Notes: generated by a model not told the origin, from the letters alone. DNA of 32,000 nt from Paracoccus suum (GCF_003324675.1 NZ_CP030918.1:570001-602000); one strand, 5' to 3'; counted from the first letter of the stretch, positions 8,872-17,334 are shown. A program made the numbers and translations.

Positions 8872-10568
8872 GCGACAAGAACCCCGGCAAAGGCAGCATC
8901 ATCGAGCGCCTGCAGATCGGCAACGCCCGCCCGCGCCTCGGCGAGATCCCCCGACAGCCGGGGCAGGACGCGGGTGATGAAGATCTGCGCCAGAACCTCG
9001 CGGTTGGTCCCGGGGCGCAGCAGCGCGGCGCGCAGATGGAAATGCGCCCCCAGCACCCGCGCAAAGCCCATCAGGAAGGGCACCGCGCCGGCGTTGCGGT
9101 CATCGGCCCCGGCGTCCAGCATCAGGACGGTCGCCTCGCGCAGGCTTTCCGCCGCCTGCCAAACGGCTTCGGCTAGGGCAGGCAGCGCCTCCTGCGCGGA
9201 CTTGGCGCCGGACTGCACCTCGTCGATCAGGGCAAAGGCAGCGGTCCCGCCATCCGCCAGCTTGCGACCGACAAGGTCCATGGCCTGGATGCCGTTCGTG
9301 CCTTCGTAGATCGGGGTGATGCGCACGTCGCGCAGATACTGGGCAACGCCGGTTTCCTCGATATAGCCCATGCCGCCATGGACCTGCACGGCAGCATCGG
9401 CAACCCGGCAGCCGACATCGGTGCCATAGGCCTTGGCGATCGGCGTCAGGAAGGCCGCCCGGGCCGCGGCCTCGGGATCATCCGAGGCGCGGGCGAGGTC
9501 GATCGCGGCGGCGCAGGCAAGGCAGATGGCACGGGCTGCAAAGACCTCGGCCCGCGCGGTAGCGAGCATGCGGCGCACGTCGGCGTGCGCGATGATCGGG
9601 CCGAACTGGACCCGCTCGGCGGCGTAGGCGGTGGCGGCCTGCAGCGCCGCCTCGGCGATACCGACCCCCTGCACCCCGACCGCGAGGCGCGCGTTGTTCA
9701 TCATCGTGAACATCGCCGCCATGCCCTTGCCCTCCTCGCCGATCAGCCAGCCGGTCGCGCCCTCAAAGCTCATCACGCAGGTCGGGCTGCCGTGGATGCC
9801 CATCTTGTGCTCGAGGCTGACGACCCGCAGCGCGTTGGCGAGACCCGGCTTGCCATCCGCATCGGGGATCAGCCGCGGCACCATGAAAAGGCTGATGCCG
9901 CGCGTGCCGGGCGCGGCGCCGGGCAGCCGCGCCAGCACCGCATGGCAGGTGTTCTCGTTGATGTCGCTGTCGCCCCAGGTGATGAAGATCTTCTGCCCGG
10001 TGATGCGATAGGTGCCGTCGCCCTGCGGCTCGGCCTTTGTGCGCAGGGCACCAACGTCGCTGCCGGCCTGCGATTCCGTCAGGTTCATTGTGCCGTTCCA
10101 TGCGCCCGAGATCAGCTTCGGCAGGTACAGGGCCTGCATCTGCGGCGTTGCGTGCTGTTCCAGCGCCTCGATCTGCCCCTGGCTGAGCAGCGGGTTCAGC
10201 TGAAAGGCAAGGCTTGCGCCCGACAGGTATTCGGCGACCGACTGGTTGACGATCTGCGGCAGCCCGGCGCCGCCGTGTTCGGGACTGGCGGCAAGCCCGA
10301 CCCAGCCGCCCTCGGCCAATGCAGCCATCGCCCCGGCAAACCCGGGGGAGGAGCGCACGCGACCATTCTCAAGCCGCGCCGGGGTCGCGTCGGCGCCGCG
10401 GTTCAGCGGGGCAATGATGTCCGTGGCAAGGCGCCCTGCCTCGCCCAGCACGGCGGCAACTGTGTCGCGCGTGGCATCGGCAAATCGGGGCGTTGCGACG
10501 ATTTCCTCAAGCGGGACGATGTGATCGAGGATGAACAGCGTCTCCTCGACCGGGGCGACATAGGCCAT
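8868..10568 (-). CDS. long-form acyl-CoA dehydrogenase (AidB/DmdC-like, with an extra C-terminal helical domain)
   Basis: Internal start MAYVAPVEETLFILDHI... (ATG at 10568) of track ORF 8868..11084. ACAD motifs are present (MNLTESQAGSDVG, GQKIFITWGD, YEGTNGIQAMDLVGRKL). The 566-aa length fits the long roseobacter DmdC-type class. Confidence 0.85.
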   Translation of the reverse strand: MAYVAPVEETLFILDHIVPLEEIVATPRFADATRDTVAAVLGEAGRLATDIIAPLNRGADATPARLENGRVRSSPGFAGAMAALAEGGWVGLAASPEHGGAGLPQIVNQSVAEYLSGASLAFQLNPLLSQGQIEALEQHATPQMQALYLPKLISGAWNGTMNLTESQAGSDVGALRTKAEPQGDGTYRITGQKIFITWGDSDINENTCHAVLARLPGAAPGTRGISLFMVPRLIPDADGKPGLANALRVVSLEHKMGIHGSPTCVMSFEGATGWLIGEEGKGMAAMFTMMNNARLAVGVQGVGIAEAALQAATAYAAERVQFGPIIAHADVRRMLATARAEVFAARAICLACAAAIDLARASDDPEAAARAAFLTPIAKAYGTDVGCRVADAAVQVHGGMGYIEETGVAQYLRDVRITPIYEGTNGIQAMDLVGRKLADGGTAAFALIDEVQSGAKSAQEALPALAEAVWQAAESLREATVLMLDAGADDRNAGAVPFLMGFARVLGAHFHLRAALLRPGTNREVLAQIFITRVLPRLSGDLAEARAGVADLQALDDAAFAGVLVA

Positions 10569-10697
10569 CGGAAAAATATCCCTTTTCAGCGCGGCGCTTG
10601 AGAATGATCGCCCGTCCGCGTATTCGCGCATCACGATAGATTGCCGCGTCGGGACCCGGCGCCGCAAGCCCTGCCGCCCTGAACCGGACGCCGCGTC

Positions 10698-11660
10698 ATG
10701 TCGCCCAACCGCGAGAGCCAGACCGAATTGTTGCGCGACGACGCGGCCGGCATCACCCGTGCGGCGGCGCTGCTGCAGGCGGGCGAACTGGTCGCCATTC
10801 CGACCGAAACGGTCTACGGCCTCGCCGCCGATGCCCGCAACGGCGCAGCGGTGGCGCGCATCTATGCCGCCAAGGGCCGGCCGCAGTTCAATCCGCTGAT
10901 CGTCCATGTGCCCGACGTCGAGGCCGCCCGCCGGATCGCCGTTCTGCCGCCGGATGCCGAGGCCCTGGCCGATGCCTTCTGGCCCGGCCCGTTGACCCTG
11001 CTGGCGCCGCTGCGCGAGGATTCCGGGATCGCCGGGCTGGTAACGGCCGGCCTGCCGAGCGTGGCTCTGCGCGTGCCGGGCCACCCGCTGGCCCAGGCGG
11101 TGCTTGCCGCGAGCGGGGCACCCCTAGCCGCGCCGTCCGCGAACCTCTCGGGCCGCGTCAGCCCCACCACGGCAGCGCATGTGCTTGACGGGCTGGACGG
11201 GCGCATCGCGGCCGTTCTGGATGGCGGGTCCTGCCCTGTTGGCCTGGAATCCACGATTATCGGCTGGGATACGACGGGCGAGGCGGTGCTGCTGCGCCCG
11301 GGCGGCTTGCCCCGTATCGCCATCGACGCGGCGCTCGGCCGCCCCTTGCGCCGCGCCGATCCAGGCACCGGGGACAAGCCAACCGCGCCGGGCCAGTTGA
11401 CCAGCCACTACGCCACCGCCGCCGCACTGCGCCTGGACGTCATCGACCCGGAGGAAAACGAGACCTACATTGCCTTCGGCGCCCCCGGCCCGCTGACCCT
11501 GTCCGCCACGGGCGATCTGCCCGAGGCCGCGGCCGCCCTCTTCGACCGTCTGCGCGAGGCCGACCGCCTCGGCCGTCCGATCGCCGTCGCCCCGATCCCG
11601 GACAAGGGCCTCGGCGAGGCGATCAACGACCGACTGAGGCGCGCTGCCGCGCCGCGCTAG
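10698..11660 (+). CDS. L-threonylcarbamoyladenylate synthase (Sua5/YwlC/TsaC type with C-terminal Sua5 domain), t6A tRNA modification
   Basis: GELVAIPTETVYGLAADARNGAAVARIYAAKGRPQFNPLIVHV and LAAPSANLSGRVSPT are YrdC-domain signatures. The 320-aa length implies the extra Sua5 C-terminal domain. Confidence 0.9.
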   Translation: MSPNRESQTELLRDDAAGITRAAALLQAGELVAIPTETVYGLAADARNGAAVARIYAAKGRPQFNPLIVHVPDVEAARRIAVLPPDAEALADAFWPGPLTLLAPLREDSGIAGLVTAGLPSVALRVPGHPLAQAVLAASGAPLAAPSANLSGRVSPTTAAHVLDGLDGRIAAVLDGGSCPVGLESTIIGWDTTGEAVLLRPGGLPRIAIDAALGRPLRRADPGTGDKPTAPGQLTSHYATAAALRLDVIDPEENETYIAFGAPGPLTLSATGDLPEAAAALFDRLREADRLGRPIAVAPIPDKGLGEAINDRLRRAAAPR

Positions 11661-11685
11661 CCGTCCCCCTGCGCACGGACGCGCG

Positions 11686-13125
11686 CTAGCCCACGACCTC
11701 GCGCGCCATTTCCAGGTCGGCCAGCAACTCCGCCCGCGCCTTTTCCTGCGCTGCCGCGTCGGGGATCCGCAGGATATAGCTGGGGTGCCAGCTCAGCAGA
11801 ACCGGACCGTCGGGCGTGTCCTCGATCTTGCCGCGGCGGCGCGTGATGCCCTCCTTGCGGCCGGTCAGCGCCAGCGCCGCGGTCCCGCCAAGACCCATGG
11901 TCAGTTTCGGGCGCACCAGCCGCAACTCCTCGGCCAGCCACCAGCGGCAGGCCTGGACCTCACCGGCATTCGGGGTCTGGTGCAGGCGACGCTTGCCGCG
12001 GGGGGTAAACTTGAAATGCTTGACCGCATTGGTCAGCCAGGTGGCGGGACGCTGCACGCCGGCCTTCGCCATCGCCTCGTCCAGCACCTGCCCGGCAGGG
12101 CCGACGAAGGGCCGGCCGGCCAGATCCTCGTGATCGCCGGGCTGCTCGCCGACGATCATCAGCGCCGCATTTGGCGCGCCCTCGCCGAACACAGCCTGGG
12201 TTGCGTGCTGGTAAAGATCGCAGCGGGTGCAAAGGCCGCAGGCCGCGCGGGCATCGTCCAGCGAGCGGATCTCGGCCGGCGCGGCCGGCATTCCCTTGCG
12301 ATAGCGGGCGCTGATGGCACTGGCGCGGCCCGGCGCCTCGGTGGCCTCCGCGGCGCGCATGGCGGCAACCCGGCCCTCTGCCGCCGCGAGCATTGCCGGG
12401 ATCTGGTTGGTTTCCGGCAGGTTTTTCCAGTATTTCTGCGGCATCTCGGACCTCATGGCATCAAGCTTGATCCGTGCCGGGTTGAAGATATTGGCGAAGT
12501 AGGTCGCCCACAACGCTTCGTGGGCGTCGTCCGGCAGGTCCGGCCGATCCGCGCCGGCGGCCATCCGCAGGGTCCCGTCCTCGAAAATCGCCGAGGCGTC
12601 GGGCGTGTGGATCGCCCAGTCCATGTCTGCAAAGCGGCGCGCAAAGAACGGCGCGTTCAGGCCGACGATGCGGTGATCCGGCTCGAACCAGGCGGCAAAG
12701 CGGCGGCGCGGCTGGTCGGTCGGCAATTCGCGGAACCGCACGAAGGCGCGCATCTTGTGCATGTCGCGCCGCACCGCCTTGGCGAGGACCTGCACCCGCC
12801 GCACCAACGGATCGGCAGGATCGGCGAGCAGCCCGCGCTCGGCCTGCAGCCGCAGCAGCAGGGTGTAGAGGAGGCCCGGCGCCTCCGGGTCACGATGCGC
12901 CAGCACCAGTTCGGCCAGGGACAGAAAGTCCTTGGGCACGGACAAGCCGCCGCCACCCGGTTGGGCGGCCCGCGGTGCCGGGGCCGAGGCGGCGAACAGA
13001 TCGCCCTCGCCCTCGCCGCCGTGCCACGCGACGTCGGCCGCCGGCACCCCGGCGGCGGCGAGGCCACGCGCCGCCTCGCGCCACGCCGCCATAAGTCGCT
13101 CGGCTGGCAGAGCGACGCGATACAT
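11686..13125 (-). CDS. fusion protein with an N-terminal DUF4130 (TIGR03915-type 'probable DNA metabolism protein') domain and a C-terminal family-4/UdgX-like uracil-DNA glycosylase domain
   Basis: The C-terminal half carries the Fe-S Cys cluster CGLCTRC and the family-4 motif A (VFGEGAPNAALMIVGEQPGDHEDLAGRPFVGPAGQVL). It also carries the loop TNAVKHFKFTPRGKRRLHQTP (KRRLH encoded at 11980-11994) and motif B (SWHPSYILR). The N-terminal ~270 aa (AFVRFRE...FAAWFEPDHRIV...YFANIFNPARIKLDAMRSEMPQKYWKNLPE) matches my memory of DUF4130. The start overlaps the radical SAM gene's stop (TGATG at 13123-13127). Confidence 0.85.
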   Translation of the reverse strand: MYRVALPAERLMAAWREAARGLAAAGVPAADVAWHGGEGEGDLFAASAPAPRAAQPGGGGLSVPKDFLSLAELVLAHRDPEAPGLLYTLLLRLQAERGLLADPADPLVRRVQVLAKAVRRDMHKMRAFVRFRELPTDQPRRRFAAWFEPDHRIVGLNAPFFARRFADMDWAIHTPDASAIFEDGTLRMAAGADRPDLPDDAHEALWATYFANIFNPARIKLDAMRSEMPQKYWKNLPETNQIPAMLAAAEGRVAAMRAAEATEAPGRASAISARYRKGMPAAPAEIRSLDDARAACGLCTRCDLYQHATQAVFGEGAPNAALMIVGEQPGDHEDLAGRPFVGPAGQVLDEAMAKAGVQRPATWLTNAVKHFKFTPRGKRRLHQTPNAGEVQACRWWLAEELRLVRPKLTMGLGGTAALALTGRKEGITRRRGKIEDTPDGPVLLSWHPSYILRIPDAAAQEKARAELLADLEMAREVVG

Positions 13126-14351
13126 CAGATCAGGGCCAGTTGCTCGGGCGGCGGCGCGAAGCGGGCGCGCAGGTCGGCGGCGTCGGTCATCGCGCCGGGC
13201 GTCCAGCCGGGCAGGCTGACGAAGGCCCGCGCGCGTTTCATAAGCGCGCCGATCCGCACCAGATCGTCCCAGCCGAGGCTGCGGTTGCGCCGCGCGGCGA
13301 TGATCCGCTCGACCGTCTTGGTGCCGAACCCCGGCACACGCAGCAGCATCTCGCGCGGGGCGAGGTTCACATCCAGCGGAAAGCTGCCGCGGTTCGCCAG
13401 CGCCCAGGCGAGCTTGGGATCGACCCCAAGGTCCAGCATCCCATCCCCGCCCGAGGCGATCTCCTCTGCCTCGAACCCGTAGAACCGCATCAGCCAGTCG
13501 GCCTGGTACAGCCGATGCTCGCGCATCAGCGGCGGCTTGATCAGGGGCAACACGGCCGAACTGTCTGGGATCGGCGAGAAAGCGGAATAATAGACCCGCT
13601 TCAAGCCATAGCCGGTGTAAAGCCGGGCCGAGGCGTCCAGTATCCGCGCGTCCGAGGCCCCGTCCGCGCCCACGATCATCTGCGTGGATTGGCCCGCGGG
13701 GGCAAAGCGCGCGGGGCGCCTGCCCTTGTGGCTGCGCTCGCGACTGGCCTCGCGCGCGACCTTGACCCTCGCCATCGCGCCCCGGATCGTCTCCGGCCGC
13801 TTTTCGGGGGCCAACTCGCGGATCGACGTGTCCTGCGGCAACTCGATGTTGATCGACAGGCGGTCGGCGAACAGCCCCGCCTCGTCAATCAACTCGGGCG
13901 AGGCGTCGGGGATAGTCTTGAGGTGGATGTAGCCCTTGAAGCCGTGATCAATGCGGAGCGTCTTTGCGATACGCACCATGTCAGCCATGGTCTGGTCCGG
14001 ACTGCGGATGATGCCGGACGACAGGAACAACCCCTCGATATAGTTGCGGCGATAGAATTCCAGCGTCAGGGAGACGACCTCCTCGACGCTGAACCGCGCC
14101 CGCTCGACCTGGCTGGACACGCGATTGACGCAATACGCGCAGTCGAAGATGCAGAAGTTGGTCATCAGGATTTTCAGCAGCGAGACGCAGCGCCCGTCCG
14201 GTGTGTAGGCGTGGCAAATACCGCTGCCCTCGGTGCTGCCTAGGCCGCCGGCGCGCGAATCACGCCGCGTGGTACCGCTGCTGGCGCAGGAGGCGTCGTA
14301 TTTCGCGGCATCCGACAGGATGGCAAGCTTGCGGGCGAGGTCGGGCTTCAT
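13125..14351 (-). CDS. putative DNA modification/repair radical SAM protein (TIGR03916 type) with a C-terminal helix-hairpin-helix-like tail
   Basis: The radical SAM cluster motif CIFDCAYC is encoded at 14130-14153. The N-terminus MKPDLARKLAILSDAAKYDASC is typical of this family. The C-terminal ...LLRVPGFGTKTVERIIAARR is an HhH-type DNA-binding motif. Confidence 0.85.
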   Translation of the reverse strand: MKPDLARKLAILSDAAKYDASCASSGTTRRDSRAGGLGSTEGSGICHAYTPDGRCVSLLKILMTNFCIFDCAYCVNRVSSQVERARFSVEEVVSLTLEFYRRNYIEGLFLSSGIIRSPDQTMADMVRIAKTLRIDHGFKGYIHLKTIPDASPELIDEAGLFADRLSINIELPQDTSIRELAPEKRPETIRGAMARVKVAREASRERSHKGRRPARFAPAGQSTQMIVGADGASDARILDASARLYTGYGLKRVYYSAFSPIPDSSAVLPLIKPPLMREHRLYQADWLMRFYGFEAEEIASGGDGMLDLGVDPKLAWALANRGSFPLDVNLAPREMLLRVPGFGTKTVERIIAARRNRSLGWDDLVRIGALMKRARAFVSLPGWTPGAMTDAADLRARFAPPPEQLALI

Positions 14352-14358
14352 GCGTGGT

Positions 14359-14373
14359 GTTCCCTCAGTGTTC
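14359..14373 (-). promoter_or_regulatory. candidate LexA (SOS) box, alphaproteobacterial direct-repeat type GTTC-N7-GTTC (GAAC-N7-GAAC on the coding strand)
   Basis: gttc cctcagt gttc is an exact match to the direct-repeat SOS box described for Rhodobacter and Rhizobium. It lies 8 nt upstream of the radical SAM ATG, just downstream of the putative -10, and its spacer contains the ribosome-binding site (GAGGGAA). Confidence 0.6.
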
Positions 14374-14377
14374 TCTT

Positions 14378-14406
14378 TTTGTAGTCGCTCTGGACAGGAT
14401 TGTCAC
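14378..14406 (-). promoter_or_regulatory. putative sigma70-type promoter of the radical SAM / UDG operon
   Basis: On the minus strand the sequence reads GTGACA (14406-14401), a 17-nt spacer, then TACAAA (14383-14378). The predicted start would fall inside the SOS box. Confidence 0.35.
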
Positions 14407-14464
14407 CCGTTGTCGCCCTGTCAGCGCAAGGCTATGCCCAAAGAACGTATGAGGGGGGCGAGCG

Positions 14465-15526
14465 ATGGTGCATTTGTGGGTCAGGGCCGAGAGCCGGGCG
14501 AACGAGGACCGGGTCGGCATCACCCCCGAGGGCGTGGCCGAACTGCTGGGCCGCGGCTTTGCCGTCACGGTCGAGGAGAGCCCGCGCCGCGTGATCCCGA
14601 CCGCCGCCTATGCCCGCGCCGGTGCGACCGTTGCCTCCGAGGGAAGCTGGGTCACCGCCCCCGGTGATGCGATAATCCTCGGCCTCAAGGAATTGCCCGA
14701 GGACGGCACGCCCCTGCCACACCGGCACATCATGTTCGGTCATGCCTACAAGGGCCAGCCGGCGGGTGCGGCCCCGCTGGACCGCTTCCGCGCTGGCGGG
14801 GGGCGGCTTTATGACCTCGAATACCTGACGGGCGAGGATGGGCGGCGGCTGGCGGCATTCGGCTATTGGGCCGGTTTTGCAGGCGCAGCCGTGTCGCTGA
14901 AATGCCGCTCGGCGCAGGCCCGCGGCGGCATCTGCGGGCCCGTCGGGGTCTATGCCAGCAAGGATGCCCTGATCGCCGAGGTGCGGGCAGAGCTGGACGC
15001 GATCCTCGCCCCGCGCCCGCACGCGCTGGTGATCGGCGCGCGCGGCCGGGTGGGCAGCGGCGCGGCGGATTTCTGCACCGCCGTCGGTGTACCCGTGACC
15101 CGCTGGGACATGGCCGAGACCGCGCATGGCGGCCCCTTCCCCGAGGTTCTGCAGCACGAGGTGTTCCTGAACTGCATCCTCGCCCAGCCCGGCGCGCCCG
15201 TGTTTGTCCCGGCCGAGGCGAAAAATCCCGGCCGGCAGTTGACGGTGATCGGCGATATCGCGTGTGATCCGACCAGCGATTTTTCCCCGATCAAGGTCTA
15301 TGATCGCACCACGACCTGGGCGCATCCGGCCCTGCGCGTGGCGGAGAATCCACCACTGGACGTGATGGCGATCGACAACCTTCCGTCGATGCTGCCGGCC
15401 GAAAGCAGCGCCGATTTCGCGGCGCAACTGCTGCCCGTGCTGGCGCGGCTGGACCAGATCGAGGACGGCGCCTGGGGCCGCGCGAGCGCCCTGTTCGACG
15501 AACATGCAAAGGGTGGCCGGTCATGA
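14465..15526 (+). CDS. saccharopine dehydrogenase, NAD+/L-lysine-forming type (LYS1-like; lysine-ketoglutarate reductase direction in catabolism)
   Basis: MVHLWVRAESRANEDRVGITPEGVAELLGRGFAVTVEES... and HIMFGHAYKGQ resemble yeast Lys1 and AlaDH/PNT-fold saccharopine dehydrogenases. A GAGGGGGG ribosome-binding site lies upstream. Confidence 0.8.
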   Translation: MVHLWVRAESRANEDRVGITPEGVAELLGRGFAVTVEESPRRVIPTAAYARAGATVASEGSWVTAPGDAIILGLKELPEDGTPLPHRHIMFGHAYKGQPAGAAPLDRFRAGGGRLYDLEYLTGEDGRRLAAFGYWAGFAGAAVSLKCRSAQARGGICGPVGVYASKDALIAEVRAELDAILAPRPHALVIGARGRVGSGAADFCTAVGVPVTRWDMAETAHGGPFPEVLQHEVFLNCILAQPGAPVFVPAEAKNPGRQLTVIGDIACDPTSDFSPIKVYDRTTTWAHPALRVAENPPLDVMAIDNLPSMLPAESSADFAAQLLPVLARLDQIEDGAWGRASALFDEHAKGGRS

Positions 15527-16665
15527 TGGTGCATTGGGTCGGGACGGGTCTTTCGTCAGCGCCGGGCCTGCGCCGGCTGCTGGACGGGCCGCTGGCCGTG
15601 ACGGTCTGGAACCGCGATCCCGAACCGGCGCGGGCCACCGTGGGCAACCGCGAAGCCGAGATTCGCACCTATACCCTGCAGGCGCTGGCTGAGGCGGTCC
15701 GACCCGGCGATATCGTGGTCTCGATGCTGCCGGCGGACATGCATGTCCCGCTGGCCGAAATGTGCATCGCCAAGGGCGCGAATTTCGTCAGCTCGTCCTA
15801 TGTCTCGCCGGCGATGCGCGATCTGGACGGAGCCGCGCGGGCCGCCGGGCTGGCGTTGGTGAACGAGGTCGGCCTTGATCCCGGCATCGATCACATGATG
15901 GCGCATGATCTGGTGGCCGATTACCGCGCGATTGCTGCGCCAGGCGACACCGTCGATTTCACCTCGTATTGCGGCGGCGTTCCGGCCGAGCCGAATGATT
16001 TTCGCTACAAGTTCAGCTGGTCGCCCCTGGGGGTTCTGCGGGCACTGCGCTCGCCCTCGCTGTCGTTGAAGGACGGCCAGCAGCTGGCCGCTGCGCGGCC
16101 CTGGGACGCGATCAGCAGCTATGACGCCCCGCTGCCTGTGCCCGAGCGCTTCGAGGTCTATCCGAACCGCGATTCGCTGCCGTTCGTCGCGCAATACGGT
16201 TTTGACTCCGCTTGGCAGATCCGGAATTTCGTCCGCGGCACCATTCGCCTGGCCGGCTGGCAGGACGCCTGGACCCCGGTCTTTTGCGAGGTCGAAACCT
16301 TGCACGGCCCCGAGGGCGAGGCTCGCCTCGCCGAAATGGCCGACCAGTTCTGGCGCGAAAATGCCTATGCCGAGGGCGAGGCCGACCGCGTGATCCTGTG
16401 CGTCGGCCTGCGGGCCGAGCGCGGCGGGAAGGCGATTTATCACAAGGAATGGGTGCTGGACGCCCATGGCAATGAGGGTGGCAGCGCCATGGCGCAGCTG
16501 GTCTCGACCCCTGTCGCCCTCGCGGTCGAAGCGGTCGCCGCCGGCCGCATCCCGCCGGGCGTTCACGCCGCACCGGACGATCCGGCGCTGACGAGGGAAT
16601 GGCTTGCCGAAGTGGGCCGCATCGCCCAGCATATGCAGCGCGTAGACCACCTCGTCGCAGGTTGA
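15523..16665 (+). CDS. saccharopine dehydrogenase, L-glutamate-forming type (LYS9-like)
   Basis: The N-terminal Rossmann segment is VHWVGTGLSSAPGL. The Sacchrp_dh C-terminal-like region includes NEVGLDPGIDHMMA and FSWSPLGVLRAL. The ATG overlaps the upstream stop (ATGA at 15523-15526). Confidence 0.8.
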   Translation: MMVHWVGTGLSSAPGLRRLLDGPLAVTVWNRDPEPARATVGNREAEIRTYTLQALAEAVRPGDIVVSMLPADMHVPLAEMCIAKGANFVSSSYVSPAMRDLDGAARAAGLALVNEVGLDPGIDHMMAHDLVADYRAIAAPGDTVDFTSYCGGVPAEPNDFRYKFSWSPLGVLRALRSPSLSLKDGQQLAAARPWDAISSYDAPLPVPERFEVYPNRDSLPFVAQYGFDSAWQIRNFVRGTIRLAGWQDAWTPVFCEVETLHGPEGEARLAEMADQFWRENAYAEGEADRVILCVGLRAERGGKAIYHKEWVLDAHGNEGGSAMAQLVSTPVALAVEAVAAGRIPPGVHAAPDDPALTREWLAEVGRIAQHMQRVDHLVAG

Positions 16666-16734
16666 AGCCGGGCTTGCGCAATGCAATGCGCCGCCCCCGT
16701 GGGCAGGGAAGCGCTCGCCCGCTAAACGGGGCCC

Positions 16735-17334
16735 CTAGGCACGCCCCGCAGCCGCCGATAGGACCGAGGGATCGACCCCCATCTGCCGCAGGGCCATGGC
16801 CCATTTGGCATCGTCATCGGCACCGAACAGGATGGCATCGCTGCGCTCGGCAGTCAGCCAGCCATTGGCCAGCATCTCGCCCTCCAGCTGGCCCGGACCC
16901 CAGCCCGCATAGCCCAGCGCCAGCACCGCCTGGGACGGACCCGAGCCGCGTGCGAGCTCCTCGAGGATGTCGCGGGTGGTGGTCATGGCAAGGCCGGGTG
17001 CGATGGCCAGTTGCCCCTCCGGCGGCTCGGGCGCGTCCTCGTCCCGGCTGGCCGCGGCTTCGGTGTTGTGCAGCACGAAGCCCCGCCCGGGCTCGACCGG
17101 GCCGCCAAAGCGCACGGCGATCTGCTGCACGCTGGGGCCGCGGTCTATGTCTAGCTGGCCGAGCAACTCGTCGAACTGCAACTCGCGCAGCGGGCGGTTC
17201 ACGACCAGGCCCATCGCGCCGTCGTCCGAATGTGCGCAGATCAGCACGACCGAGCGGTCGAACCGTGGATCGGCCATGCCCGGCATCGCAATCAGCAGCT
17301 TTCCAGTAAGGTTGTCGGTCTGGTCCATGGCCAC
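16735..17334 (-). CDS. yqgE: YqgE/AlgH family (UPF0301) putative transcriptional regulator
   Basis: LTGKLLIAMPGMADPRFDRSVVLICAHSDDGAMGLVVNRPL... and GYAGWGPGQLEGEM are hallmark YqgE/AlgH segments. Confidence 0.88.
   Translation of the reverse strand: MAMDQTDNLTGKLLIAMPGMADPRFDRSVVLICAHSDDGAMGLVVNRPLRELQFDELLGQLDIDRGPSVQQIAVRFGGPVEPGRGFVLHNTEAAASRDEDAPEPPEGQLAIAPGLAMTTTRDILEELARGSGPSQAVLALGYAGWGPGQLEGEMLANGWLTAERSDAILFGADDDAKWAMALRQMGVDPSVLSAAAGRA

Noticed and set aside
10569-11084. N-terminal 172-aa extension of the acyl-CoA dehydrogenase ORF, and likewise the 18661..19239 extension of the pyrB ORF
   Set aside because: The extensions overlap the divergent Sua5 gene and the family-4 UDG gene respectively, and they are low-complexity. 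Homologue-like N-termini (MAYVAPVEE..., [10 protein letters not shown]...) begin at internal ATGs with sensible upstream spacing.
11785-13482. 565-aa plus-strand ORF opposite the DUF4130::UDG and radical SAM genes (similar cases are 13140..14243, 14432..15505, 15556..16686 and 16814..18364)
   Set aside because: All of these are antisense to genes with clear catalytic motifs. All are Arg/Gly/Pro/Ala-rich with no motifs, so I treat them as non-coding.
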